Origin: an uncultured Verrucomicrobiae bacterium
GTDB taxonomy: Bacteria; Verrucomicrobiota; Verrucomicrobiia; Chthoniobacterales; UBA10450
Length of the DNA stretch: 64,000 bases
Reading direction: 5' to 3'
Assembly (NCBI GenBank): GCA_963803285.1
Contig: CAWDMG010000006.1
Location: forward strand, 34,456 to 98,455
Positions 1 through 9,148 of the stretch are shown here, one piece after another (positions within the stretch are counted from its first letter, which is position 1; each line of letters opens with the position of its first letter). Under the pieces are notes generated by a model. It was not told the origin of the DNA and made no database searches. It saw only the letters and a program-made list of their open reading frames with translations. A program made the translations under genes and the position numbers.

Positions 1-1
1 G

Positions 2-50
2 TAGGTTTTAAACCCGTTGTCCGCCGCGGCGGACGCGAAACTAAAACCTA
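2..50. repeat. GTAG-headed nested palindrome/hairpin downstream of rpsO
   Basis: TAGGTTTTA (2-10) is the reverse complement of TAAAACCTA (42-50). A perfect 16-nt palindrome GTCCGCCGCGGCGGAC lies at 19-34. The element sits ~110 nt 3' of the minus-strand rpsO stop. Confidence 0.5.
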
Positions 51-156
51 AAATCCAAGGTGATTACTGCGCCTGGAATTGCTTGTTGTTTTCTTTAGTT
101 CAGTTGTGGCTTCCAGCAGTTCAAATACCGGATCGAACTGTCGAATGATCGCTCGA

Positions 157-420
157 TTATTTCCGCAGATTGAGCTTCTCGATCAATTTCTTGTAACGAT
201 CAGCTTCCGTTTTGCTCAAATAATCGAGCAGACTCCTCCGTTGCGCGACCATTTTGAGTAAGCCGCGCCGCGAAGAGTGATCTTTCCGGTTAATCTTGAG
301 GTGCTCAGTTAAATGCTCGATCCGGTGCGTGAGAAGTGCGACTTGCACATCCGCGCTGCCGGTATCGTTGTCATGCAACTGGAACTCCTTGAGATCCAAC
401 GTTTGGTTGCTCTCAGCCAT
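157..420 (-). CDS. rpsO: 30S ribosomal protein S15
   Basis: 87-aa ORF with S15 hallmarks ([32 protein letters not shown]). Confidence 0.97.
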   Translation of the reverse strand: MAESNQTLDLKEFQLHDNDTGSADVQVALLTHRIEHLTEHLKINRKDHSSRRGLLKMVAQRRSLLDYLSKTEADRYKKLIEKLNLRK

Positions 421-501
421 AACGAGGGCGCTACTGTAGATGAGGAATCGATTTTCGCAACCGCGCAGCGCGGTGAGGAGCAGCTTGAACTGGTTTAGCT
501 C

Positions 502-1234
502 CTAAGCTGGGTGTCTTTCCCGTTTGCCGTCGTACCAAAGGCTGAGCTTTGCGCGCGAACGGACTCCGCGCGGACCGCGGACGATTACGCCAAAGAAGTC
601 CCGCAGAAAATGTTTCGCGGAATACATGCGCAATTTCCGGGCTGAGGTGACAACCGGTTCTCGCAGCACTTTGAAAGCGCCTCGTTTTTTTAGCTCGAGG
701 GAAAAATAAACTTCTTCACCAGCAAAGTACCTGCTCGTCGAATCCGCCAATGACATCGAAGTTGCGTCGTGTAGTGAAAAGAAATGCGCCGGCCCCAAGA
801 TTCAGGCCGAAATAAACCGACGAAAATCCGCGCAACAACATGCGTCCCCAAAGGGGAACAAATCCATCCATCGCCACTCGCGCGCTGCCCCCGGAGTAAC
901 CACCTTCCAGAGAGGCGATCCCTCCACTCACGTGCGCTCGATTGATCCGCGTGTCGGCGTCAACGAAAAACAAATACTCGCCCTGTGCAGCGCGCGCGCC
1001 TGCATTCCGAGAGGCTGCGATTTGGCGTCGATTGATTGGAATCACCTTTGCGCCCGCATCCGATGCAATCTCCGGCGTCGCGTCCGTTGATGCATCATCA
1101 ACGACGATGATCTCGTACGGCTGTGTCGCGCCAGACGCGGCCTCCCGAATCGCAGCCAGCGTATCCGAAAGTTCGTGCTCTTCGTTGTACGCGGGAACAA
1201 CAAATGAAATCATTGGTTTGATGAGGCGAGCCAT
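502..1234 (-). pseudogene. family 2 glycosyltransferase, frame broken by one extra base near 730
   Basis: ORF 716-1234 has the GT2 core (SFVVPAYNEE, VVDDASTD, FVDADT) and ends GGFDEQVLCW*. ORF 502-798 continues in another frame with the expected YFAGEEVYFSLELKKRG. The total length of 733 nt is 1 mod 3. Confidence 0.8.
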
Positions 1235-1279
1235 ATCGCCTGTGATCGATAGACACGCAAGTCGCCGGCTCGCACGGCG

Positions 1280-1792
1280 CTACTTTGTCCGGGCGTAGAG
1301 CAGTGAATCGAGAAGCTCCCCATCTTTGAGGACGTTGTTCTTCAGGCGTCCTTCGAAAATGAAACCTGCTTTTTCCAGTAGGCGCGCCGATGCAGGATTG
1401 TTTGCGAACACCTCTGCAGAGATTCGGCGGAGCGGAAAATTGTCGAAGCAAAAATCAGTGACCGCGGTCACCACTTCAGTCATGATGCCGCGTCCCCAGA
1501 ACTGCTCGCCCAACCAGTAACCCACGGTCGCTGTATGCCGATACACGTCCTCGCCCGGGTGAACACCGATCCCTCCAACGGCCGCACCCTGAATCTCAAC
1601 GCAAAATTTCATTTCAGGCTGTTCGCTGATGGCACGCTGCAGGAATTCGTGCGCGTCTTGCAGCGTGTAGGGATGCGGGAAGAGATCACGCACCGCTCGC
1701 CAGACCTTCCGATTGTTCGCGTGTCTGGCTACGGATTCAGCGTCATTTAGCCGCCACGGGCGAACCGTGCACCGTTCGAGCACGAGCTGCAT
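1280..1792 (-). CDS. GNAT family N-acetyltransferase (RimJ/RimL-like)
   Basis: 170-aa ORF with the GNAT A-motif region GYWLGEQFWGRGIMTE and NNPASARLLEKAGFIFEG. Confidence 0.85.
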   Translation of the reverse strand: MQLVLERCTVRPWRLNDAESVARHANNRKVWRAVRDLFPHPYTLQDAHEFLQRAISEQPEMKFCVEIQGAAVGGIGVHPGEDVYRHTATVGYWLGEQFWGRGIMTEVVTAVTDFCFDNFPLRRISAEVFANNPASARLLEKAGFIFEGRLKNNVLKDGELLDSLLYARTK

Positions 1793-1802
1793 CGATTACT
1801 CG

Positions 1803-2210
1803 CTATTTGAACTTGATACCTGTTTTCTGCACCTCGCGATAAGGCAACAGCCACACCAGTGATTCATCGTGAAGATCGACCACCTGAATGCGATTGCCCC
1901 ATGGATCGCGAAAGTCGCAACGAAAAGGCGGCTCCAATTTGAGTTTGTATTTCTCGGTAAGCTTCTTTTTGACTTCCTCAAGTTGCGTTTCATCGCGAAC
2001 CATGATCCCGAAATGCCGCATATTTGCTCGCTGAACCTTGTCGACTTCGAAAATCGCCAGGAACTGATGGTCGCCCAGTTTGAAGAACGCGTCGCCCTCG
2101 CCGCCACTCATCTGTTCGAGGTTGAAAACATCTTTGTAAAAGGCCACTGCCTTCTCAACATTATCCACCTCGATCGCGACATGATTGCATCCATAGACTT
2201 GCACGCTCAT
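1803..2210 (-). CDS. VOC (glyoxalase/bleomycin resistance/dioxygenase) family protein
   Basis: 135 aa. N-terminal HVAIEVDNVEKAVAFYKDVF and C-terminal DFRDPWGNRIQV are typical of the VOC fold. Confidence 0.85.
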   Translation of the reverse strand: MSVQVYGCNHVAIEVDNVEKAVAFYKDVFNLEQMSGGEGDAFFKLGDHQFLAIFEVDKVQRANMRHFGIMVRDETQLEEVKKKLTEKYKLKLEPPFRCDFRDPWGNRIQVVDLHDESLVWLLPYREVQKTGIKFK

Positions 2211-2255
2211 ATGGCAGCTTAGTCGAAGATGAAATCGTGCGCGATTTTCTGATTC

Positions 2256-3800
2256 ATGTCAGTCCCGGCACCCAACCGAAATTACTCAACTGAATCAGTT
2301 TTAATCGCTGTGTTCAGCATGGCGGTGTTGTTGGTCCATCTGCTGACAAACGGGCGCTACGGTTATTTTCGCGATGAGCTTTATTACATCGCCTGCGGAC
2401 GACATCTCGCTTTTGGATACGTCGATCAACCGCCGTTGTCGATTTTGCTTCTTCGATTGAGCCAACTGCTGCTGGGCTATTCGCTTTTTGCGATTCGCCT
2501 CTTCCCGGCGTTGGCAGGTGCGGCGATCGTTGCGCTCACAGGGATGATCGCGCGCGAGATGGGCGGACGCGCATGGGCCGTCGCGCTCGCGTGCGCGGGA
2601 TCGCTTTGCGCGCTTTTCAATCTGGCAGTCGGAAATTTCTTTTCCATGAACGCGTTCGAGCCGCTGCTCTGGATGGGATGCGTTTATCTTGTCGTCCGCA
2701 TCGTTAACGGTGGTTCACCTACGCTTTGGCTTTGGTTCGGCGTGTTGCTCGGAATCGGCATTGAAAACAAACATTCGACGGTGTTCTTCGGCCTCGGCGT
2801 TTTCGTTGGGCTGTTGCTCACGCCTGAGCGCCGTCACTTCGCGGAAAAATATATCTGGTTCGGCAGCGCGATCGCATTTGCCATTGCGTTGCCCAACATT
2901 CTCTGGCAGGCGCTGCATCACTGGCCCACGTACGAGTTGCTGAGCAACATCGCTCACAGCAATAAAAACGTCGCGCTCAGCCCAGCACAGTTCATCGCGC
3001 AACAGGCTGTTTTCATGAACCCGGGAACACTGCCGCTTTGGCTGGGCGGTTTATTCTGGTTGTTTGGTTCACGTGACGGCCGCCGTTACCGCGTTATCGG
3101 AATCATTTACCTGGTCACCCTCGTCGAATTCATCGTTTTGCATGGCAAAAGCTATTACCTCGCGCCGGCGTATCCGATGCTCTTTGCAGCGGGAGGCGTA
3201 GCGGTCGAACGCATTTTCGCCGCACGCCTAACGTGGATCAAACCGGTGTTCCTCGGTGCGATCATAGCAATGGGCGCATTATGTGCGCCGTTGGTACTGC
3301 CAATCTTGCCGCCCGCCAAGCTCGTCGCATACATGCGAGCCATCCACATGGAACCGCCGCGCACTGAGACATCACATACGGAAGCGCTCCCACAGATTTT
3401 CGCAGACCAGTTTGGGTGGGAACAAATGGTCGACTCGGTAGCGCATGTCTATCATCACTTGCGGCCCGAGGATGAGAAACGCGCCGCGATTTTTTGCCAA
3501 AACTATGGCGAGGCAGGAGCGATCGATTTTTTCGGACCAAAGGTCGGACTGCCAGCTGGTATCTGCGGCCATCAGAATTATTTTCTGTGGGGGCCGCGCG
3601 ATTGGACAGGCGAAGTTGCCTTGGTGCTCGACACGACTGATGAAAACGAGCGCCAGCTATTCCGCTCCGTAGAAGATCTGGGCCAGGTCGTCAGCAGCCC
3701 TTGGTCGATGCGCTTCGAGCAGCGAATGCATGTTTTTCTTTGTCGCGATTTGAAAGGCAGCGTTCGGGAACTTTGGCCGCGCGTGAAGAAATGGTTGTAA
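2256..3800 (+). CDS. GT-C fold membrane glycosyltransferase (GT39/ArnT-PMT-like)
   Basis: 514 aa with many TM segments. The N-terminal loop motif RDELYYIACGRHLAFGYVDQPPL is typical of dolichyl/undecaprenyl-phosphate-sugar dependent transferases. Confidence 0.8.
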   Translation: MSVPAPNRNYSTESVLIAVFSMAVLLVHLLTNGRYGYFRDELYYIACGRHLAFGYVDQPPLSILLLRLSQLLLGYSLFAIRLFPALAGAAIVALTGMIAREMGGRAWAVALACAGSLCALFNLAVGNFFSMNAFEPLLWMGCVYLVVRIVNGGSPTLWLWFGVLLGIGIENKHSTVFFGLGVFVGLLLTPERRHFAEKYIWFGSAIAFAIALPNILWQALHHWPTYELLSNIAHSNKNVALSPAQFIAQQAVFMNPGTLPLWLGGLFWLFGSRDGRRYRVIGIIYLVTLVEFIVLHGKSYYLAPAYPMLFAAGGVAVERIFAARLTWIKPVFLGAIIAMGALCAPLVLPILPPAKLVAYMRAIHMEPPRTETSHTEALPQIFADQFGWEQMVDSVAHVYHHLRPEDEKRAAIFCQNYGEAGAIDFFGPKVGLPAGICGHQNYFLWGPRDWTGEVALVLDTTDENERQLFRSVEDLGQVVSSPWSMRFEQRMHVFLCRDLKGSVRELWPRVKKWL

Positions 3801-3819
3801 CTCCGGCATTCCTTCGAGA

Positions 3820-4839
3820 TCAATCGCGTACGGTCTTCATCCCTTGCCGGGCGATTCGTTCGATGAGTTGTGGATACGGCAGGCCGGCCTTTCCAGCTGC
3901 GAGCGCGAAGTCTTCGTCGTCCGCAAGGATCGGATTCGGGTTCGCCTCGATGAAATAGAGCTTGTTGTCAGGAGTGAGCCGCAAATCGATTCGCGCGTAA
4001 CCGTCGATCGTCAGCAAACGGTAGATGTCTTTGCATGTTTCTTGAATCTTCGAGACAAGCGTCGAATCGAGATCTTCGGGAAACTGGTTCTCCAAGCCCC
4101 AGCGTTTGCGATATTCCTCGTCCCATTTGGCTTTGTAGGTAGCGATCTTCGGTTCGTCAGGCGGCACCTCGCGGAAGACCAGTTCGCGGATCGGAAAGAC
4201 CGTCAATCGCAGACAGCCCATCAGGCTCACGTAAAGCTCGCGACCCTCGATGTATTCCTCGGCAATGACGTCGCTGTTGTATTTCTCGTGAATAAAAGTC
4301 ACGCGTTCGCGAAACTGGTCGTCATTTCCAACGAATGACGCTTGTGAGATCCCGTACGACGCCTCTTCTTTCACCGGCTTCACCACGAGCGGAAATTTTG
4401 GCTGCTTCAGACGCGCGATTCGCTGCCCGCGCGGGATGACCACGAAGTTCGGCACGTGAATGCCGTGATAGTGCAGGATCTTTTTTGAGATACCTTTGTG
4501 CTTGCAAAGCGTCAGCCCAGTCGAGCCGCAGCCGGTGAACGGCAGGCCTTGCATTTCGAAAAATGAAACAATGTTCTGGTCGAATTCAGACTTGTTCCTG
4601 AATTGTTCGACCAGATTGAAAAGGACATCAGGCGCGAACGTCTCCAGTTTTTGCCGCAGAAGATCGACATCGTCATAGATGGCCAGATGCTCCGGTGCGT
4701 GCCCCAACGCACCGAGCGCGTTCATCACGTCCGCTTCGGTCTTCCATTCTTTCGTTTTCAGTTCGTTACTGAAATCCTGGTCAACCGTCGTAGGACTTGT
4801 GCCGTCGAACAGAACGAGAACTTTGAGCTTCTTTTTCAT
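3820..4839 (-). CDS. ATP-grasp enzyme, D-alanine--D-alanine ligase-like family
   Basis: 339 aa with ATP-grasp motifs PLVVKPVKEEASYGIS, EEYIEGRELYVSLMG and ARIDLRL...YFIEANPNP. Confidence 0.8.
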   Translation of the reverse strand: MKKKLKVLVLFDGTSPTTVDQDFSNELKTKEWKTEADVMNALGALGHAPEHLAIYDDVDLLRQKLETFAPDVLFNLVEQFRNKSEFDQNIVSFFEMQGLPFTGCGSTGLTLCKHKGISKKILHYHGIHVPNFVVIPRGQRIARLKQPKFPLVVKPVKEEASYGISQASFVGNDDQFRERVTFIHEKYNSDVIAEEYIEGRELYVSLMGCLRLTVFPIRELVFREVPPDEPKIATYKAKWDEEYRKRWGLENQFPEDLDSTLVSKIQETCKDIYRLLTIDGYARIDLRLTPDNKLYFIEANPNPILADDEDFALAAGKAGLPYPQLIERIARQGMKTVRD

Positions 4840-4844
4840 GTTAG

Positions 4845-4980
4845 GTCATTCCGAGCGGAGCGAAGCGGAGTCGAGGCTGCAACGCAGCCCCGAACGCTTT
4901 CGGGGCACGGCCAGGCTTTCAATCTCGCGAGAACACCTTACCCTTCTGCAACGGGATGTCTCGACTTCGCTCGACATGAC
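4845..4980. mobile_element. MITE-like palindromic element, family A, long form (copy 1)
   Basis: Termini are GTCATTCCGAGCGGAGCGAAGCGGAGTCGAGG ... CTCGACTTCGCTCGACATGAC. The internal part matches copy 2 (20869-21007) in the opposite orientation. Confidence 0.8.
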
Positions 4981-4983
4981 GGA

Positions 4984-6078
4984 TTATTTCGTCCGCTTGA
5001 ATTTGCCGGTGAAAAGATAATTCATCACCAGTGTCGTGATGAAAGCGGTGACACGAAAATCCTGCTGTGGATCGTCATTCAGCACATGCAATCCAAGTTC
5101 ATCACATCGGCGGGTAAGCCTCGCGAGGAGCTGATTCACGGGGAATTTCTTTTCGTTTGTCCATTGGCAAATCGCATTTAGTAACCGCCGCCTTCGTCGG
5201 CGCAAATAGGGGCCTGCCTTGATGCCAGCCGGTGCGGCAAAGAGCTGTCGCAGATCAGCGTCGTAAAAATCCGGGTACGTATCTTCGTTCAGCTTGCGTT
5301 TGCGCGCGTAATACGTTTTGAGCTTCACGTTGAGACAATCGTAATCGGCGACGCGATATTCCGGTGTGTGCACCGGTGGCACGCCCGCCAATGAGCGCAT
5401 TAGCTCATCAATGTATTCCATTTTTCGGAGCGCCGGCCAGCCAGTATAATTTTTGCGCCAATCGAGCTCCGGCGTGAGCCAGACCGCAAATGTCTCGGCA
5501 AAATCCTCGTCCGGATGACTCTGCGCATACCAATCCTCAAGATGAACGACATAACTACGGCTGAATGGGCGTGGCCGGTAAGTGTCCGGTGTTTCTTCAC
5601 GTGATGTTTGCCCGAAACATTGCTTCCATTTTTTCCGACGCGTCAGTTGATAAGCGTACATGTAAGCGTGCCCCGCTTCATGTCGCATTAACTTCATGAA
5701 CCACTCCGGCGTCCCACCTTCGACTTCGAGCATCATCGTGCGCTCGAGCGCGCGCAGCCGGTCGTGTACCAAAAAAAACGGAACAAAGATCGCAGGAACA
5801 CCAACTGGGACAAACCATTCATCGCCAATGTGACATGGCGGATGAAAAGTGAGTCCCTTTGCCGACAACTCGTCGTACAGTTGCCGGATGAGTGGTTGCA
5901 GCGGCGTGCCCTCGAGCCGCAATCCGAGCGATGAAATTCGGCGTTCGAGAAGTTCCGCATCACTCAACGATGGCCAATCGGCCGCTTCCATTTCCGGGAT
6001 GGTATCAGTCCCAACGGACGTGGCAACCGTCTCTCTCCTCCGGGCGAAAGCGCGTTTGCGACGTAAGAAATTGCTCAA
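4984..6078 (-). CDS. putative zinc-binding metallopeptidase (Peptidase_Mx-like)
   Basis: 364 aa with an HExxH-type motif in MRHEAGHAYMY. It is co-directional with and 145 bp upstream of the ATP-grasp gene. Confidence 0.65.
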   Translation of the reverse strand: MSNFLRRKRAFARRRETVATSVGTDTIPEMEAADWPSLSDAELLERRISSLGLRLEGTPLQPLIRQLYDELSAKGLTFHPPCHIGDEWFVPVGVPAIFVPFFLVHDRLRALERTMMLEVEGGTPEWFMKLMRHEAGHAYMYAYQLTRRKKWKQCFGQTSREETPDTYRPRPFSRSYVVHLEDWYAQSHPDEDFAETFAVWLTPELDWRKNYTGWPALRKMEYIDELMRSLAGVPPVHTPEYRVADYDCLNVKLKTYYARKRKLNEDTYPDFYDADLRQLFAAPAGIKAGPYLRRRRRRLLNAICQWTNEKKFPVNQLLARLTRRCDELGLHVLNDDPQQDFRVTAFITTLVMNYLFTGKFKRTK

Positions 6079-6138
6079 AAGCGGCGCTCTCCGGCGTTGC
6101 TCAAGCCACTCGGTTTTAGCTTTTGTTGCGCTGATCGT

Positions 6139-6166
6139 TTGACAAGTCTTCCAAGTCCTCTATAGG
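6139..6166 (+). promoter_or_regulatory. candidate sigma70-type promoter (TTGACA-16 nt-TATAGG)
   Basis: TTGACA at 6139-6144 and TATAGG at 6161-6166. It would give a ~170-nt leader for the 3D-domain gene. Confidence 0.3.
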
Positions 6167-6189
6167 GAGGGCCGGCTCGTCACACCGAG

Positions 6190-6325
6190 TCGTTGTCAGA
6201 AGTCCGCGCGTCCCCCAAGGGCTAGCGCGCCGGGGCTGTTCCGAATCCGAAGTAGAAGCTGCATTCCTGCGGCTTTCGGCATCGAGAATGGCTTGCTCCA
6301 CCCGAGACTCGACAACATCGGAGCA
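6190..6325 (+). promoter_or_regulatory. structured 5' leader, possible ydaO-yuaA (c-di-AMP) riboswitch-like element
   Basis: GUUGUC (6192-6197) can pair with GACAAC (6311-6316). Inside lie the GCGCG...CGCGC hairpin followed by CGGGGC, then CCGAAUCCGAA, then CACCCGAGACUCGACAAC. These resemble the pseudo-symmetric ydaO core. The downstream gene class (3D/cell-wall hydrolase) fits. Confidence 0.3.
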
Positions 6326-6338
6326 ACCCCAAAACACC

Positions 6339-6755
6339 ATGAAGCTATTTTACACAGTCATATTTTTCTCATTGCTGGCATCGGCCGCATTCGCGCGTGA
6401 GGAATCGATCCTGGCGCGTGTCACCAGTTACTGGACAGGCGAAGGCTCTAAATTCGCCAGCACCGGCCAACGACTGCGCGCCGGACATTGCGCCGTCGAT
6501 CCCAAGCGAATTCCGTACGGCAGTAAAGTTGTCTTCCCAGATCGTGCCTGCACCGCGGTCGACACCGGACCGGCGGTCGTTAGTCGCAAAGCGGCTCGTC
6601 TTTGCGGGCGGACTGCGAGCCAACTCAAGGCCATCGTGGTCGACCGATTTTTTGAAACAAAGCGAGAAGCGATGGCGTGGACGAACACGCATCCGCACTT
6701 CATGACGCTTCAGATTGTCCGGCCCGGATCTCACCCAGAACCGTCCGAGCTATGA
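6339..6755 (+). CDS. 3D domain-containing secreted protein (MltA/RlpA-like double-psi barrel)
   Basis: Signal peptide MKLFYTVIFFSLLASAAFA. 3D-domain motifs GHCAVDPKRIPYGSKVVFP and AVDTGPAV. Confidence 0.8.
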   Translation: MKLFYTVIFFSLLASAAFAREESILARVTSYWTGEGSKFASTGQRLRAGHCAVDPKRIPYGSKVVFPDRACTAVDTGPAVVSRKAARLCGRTASQLKAIVVDRFFETKREAMAWTNTHPHFMTLQIVRPGSHPEPSEL

Positions 6756-7054
6756 TTAAGTGGAAAAATATTAATAATCGCTTCTCACACGACGAAAGGG
6801 ACTTACAGCTGAGCTCCAGGGCCGCAACTGGACAAACACGGAAACGGCTGTACATCAAGAGCCGATGAAATTGATCAACGCGCTGATTCGCGCTGCCCGC
6901 TGGGGCGGGCGGGCGGTATAAAGGCTCGTTAGACTTCGCCAAGTTGGAGCCCGCAATTCGCGGCACCCCAGTGGTCGAATCTTACCACGCTCGGGTTTTT
7001 TGCGTCGGTATCCCGAACCGACTTCGGCAATCACACTTAACAACTTAGAAATTT

Positions 7055-7369
7055 ATGAAATCAACACTTGAAATTAATGACAAACAGCGCGGCTCACGTC
7101 GCGACAACCGCGCACGCCATAGTCACCAGCGTTTTCCATTAACGGATTACAACTATCGTCCAACAGCGGAAGCAGAGGCGACTTCCCCCGCTGTCCGGCC
7201 GGCTAGTAGGTCACCCGCTTTTCACAAATTAAGCAGTGAATTCTTGGGCTCAGAAACAAGCCGGGATTATATTGCCGAGCTTTTGTTCTTCATTCTCATC
7301 ACTGGCCTCGCCGCTTGGCCGACCATGTCCATGCTCGTCGCAGTGATCCGCATGATCAGGAATTATTAG
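7055..7369 (+). CDS. hypothetical small tail-anchored membrane protein
   Basis: 104-aa ORF with one C-terminal TM segment (LLFFILITGLAAWPTMSMLVAVI). No recognisable family. Confidence 0.3.
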   Translation: MKSTLEINDKQRGSRRDNRARHSHQRFPLTDYNYRPTAEAEATSPAVRPASRSPAFHKLSSEFLGSETSRDYIAELLFFILITGLAAWPTMSMLVAVIRMIRNY

Positions 7370-7432
7370 GAATGGGTTAGCGGTTGCCGCCGACAACGCC
7401 GCGAATAGTTTGGCGTTAGCAGGTGAGCATTT

Positions 7433-9088
7433 ATGAGAGCCACAACAAAGCTCTTGCAGATCGTTATCTGGTTGGCGCTGACAGCGACCGGCTTCCATGC
7501 GCTGGCCGCGAAGGAACCTCTTTACGACGGACTCGGCTCCTACTCGCGTAAAATCACCACTGACTCGGCCGACGCACAGCGCTATTTTGATCAGGGCCTC
7601 GGTTTTCTTCACGGATTCAATCACCGCGCAGCCATCCGCGCATTTCAGCAAGCCGCGGAACTCGATCCGGAATGCGCGATGGCGCATTGGGGCGTAGCGC
7701 TCGCGTGCGGTCCGCACATTAATTCCATGGCCGTTCCACCGCCCGCAGCGGAGCTCGCGTGGAAGGAACTTGAACTCGCTCAGAAAAACGCGGGTAACGC
7801 GTCACCGGTTGAGCGGGCGCTGATCGGTGCGCTCGCAAAACGTTACGCTAATCCGCAGCCGGAGGATCGCAGCGGGCTGGATCGCGCTTATGCCGATGCC
7901 ATGCGCCAAGTGTGGAAAAAATATCCAAAGGATCCAGACGTTGGCGCTTTTTTCGCGGAAGCAATGATGAACCTGCGGCCTTGGGATCAATGGACACCCG
8001 AGGGCAAGCCGGAACCCGGAACGGATGAAGTCATCGCTACGCTCGAAGCGGTGCTAAGGTTGAATCTGAAGCATCCCTTCGCGAATCATCTTTACATTCA
8101 CGCAGTAGAAGCATCGCCACATCCGGAACGCGCGAGCGCTGCGGCGAACCGACTTCGCGATTCACAGCCGGGCCTCGCTCACAACGTGCATATGCCATCG
8201 CACATTGATATTCGCACCGGACGCTGGTTGGAGGCCGTCGACACCAATACCAAAGCAGTGGCGGCAGACCAACATTATCAAAAGATCTTCGGCGCGCCCA
8301 AAGGGTTTCTAAATGTGTACGTCGCGCATAACCGGCACATGCTCGCCTACGCCGCGATGATGACGGGCCAGCGCGATCTGGCGATGAAACACATTCGCGC
8401 CATGGTCGCCGAGTTTCCGGCAGATTTTCTCAAGGAAAACGCACTACAAGCGGAAGGCTTCGTCGCGATGCCGTTGGAAGTGATGGTGCGCTTTGGGCTC
8501 TGGGACGAAATCCTCGCTGAGCCGGAGCACTATACCGACAAGATGTGGTTCACCCACGCATTTCATCATGCCGCCCGAGCGATCGCATTTGCTGCCAACG
8601 GCAATACAGCCGGCGCGCGCAAAGCACAGAGCGTTTTCCTTGAACGCGCCAAACTCGTGCCAAAAGAGGAGTCTCTCGGCAACAACAGTTGTGAGGCGAT
8701 TCTCGATGTCATGAAACCTATGGTCGAAGGCGAAATCCTCGTCGCGGAAGGAAAGACCGACAGAGGCATCAAGCAGTTGCAAGCTGCAATAAAAAACGAA
8801 GACGTTCTCAAATACGATGAGCCGCCTGGATGGTTAATTCCGGTGCGCCATTCTCTCGGCGCGGTTCTCATGAAGCAGCAGCGCTTTGCCGAGGCCGAGC
8901 AGGTATATCGCGAAGATCTCGCGCGCTTGCCCGAAAACGGCTGGTCCTTACTTGGCCTGGCAGAGAGTTTGCGGAGGCAAAAGAAAAACGCAGACGAAGT
9001 TGCTCAAACGCAGGCGAAGTTTGAAAAAGTTTGGGCCAAAGCCGATCTCACCATTACCACTTCGTGTCTTTGCCAGCCGCAGGCGTGA
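7433..9088 (+). CDS. secreted TPR-repeat protein
   Basis: 551 aa with a signal peptide (LLQIVIWLALTATGFHALA). Helical TPR-like repeats run throughout (AQRYFDQGLGFLHGFNHRAAIRAFQQAAELDP). Confidence 0.75.
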   Translation: MRATTKLLQIVIWLALTATGFHALAAKEPLYDGLGSYSRKITTDSADAQRYFDQGLGFLHGFNHRAAIRAFQQAAELDPECAMAHWGVALACGPHINSMAVPPPAAELAWKELELAQKNAGNASPVERALIGALAKRYANPQPEDRSGLDRAYADAMRQVWKKYPKDPDVGAFFAEAMMNLRPWDQWTPEGKPEPGTDEVIATLEAVLRLNLKHPFANHLYIHAVEASPHPERASAAANRLRDSQPGLAHNVHMPSHIDIRTGRWLEAVDTNTKAVAADQHYQKIFGAPKGFLNVYVAHNRHMLAYAAMMTGQRDLAMKHIRAMVAEFPADFLKENALQAEGFVAMPLEVMVRFGLWDEILAEPEHYTDKMWFTHAFHHAARAIAFAANGNTAGARKAQSVFLERAKLVPKEESLGNNSCEAILDVMKPMVEGEILVAEGKTDRGIKQLQAAIKNEDVLKYDEPPGWLIPVRHSLGAVLMKQQRFAEAEQVYREDLARLPENGWSLLGLAESLRRQKKNADEVAQTQAKFEKVWAKADLTITTSCLCQPQA

Positions 9089-9148
9089 CTGGCTGCGGAA
9101 GGAAACCAGGCTCAGTTGAGCTGACGTTTTCTCAGGCCGAGGGGAAAC

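Noticed and set aside
6756-7054. 300-bp non-coding gap inspected for tmRNA, RNase P RNA, SRP RNA or 6S RNA
   Set aside because: I found no tag-peptide frame, no GGUUCGA-type T-arm with an acceptor end, no GAGGAAAGUCC-type RNase P motif and no SRP domain IV motif. There are only short local hairpins (GCCCGC-TGGG-GCGGGC). This cannot be decided without covariance-model searches.
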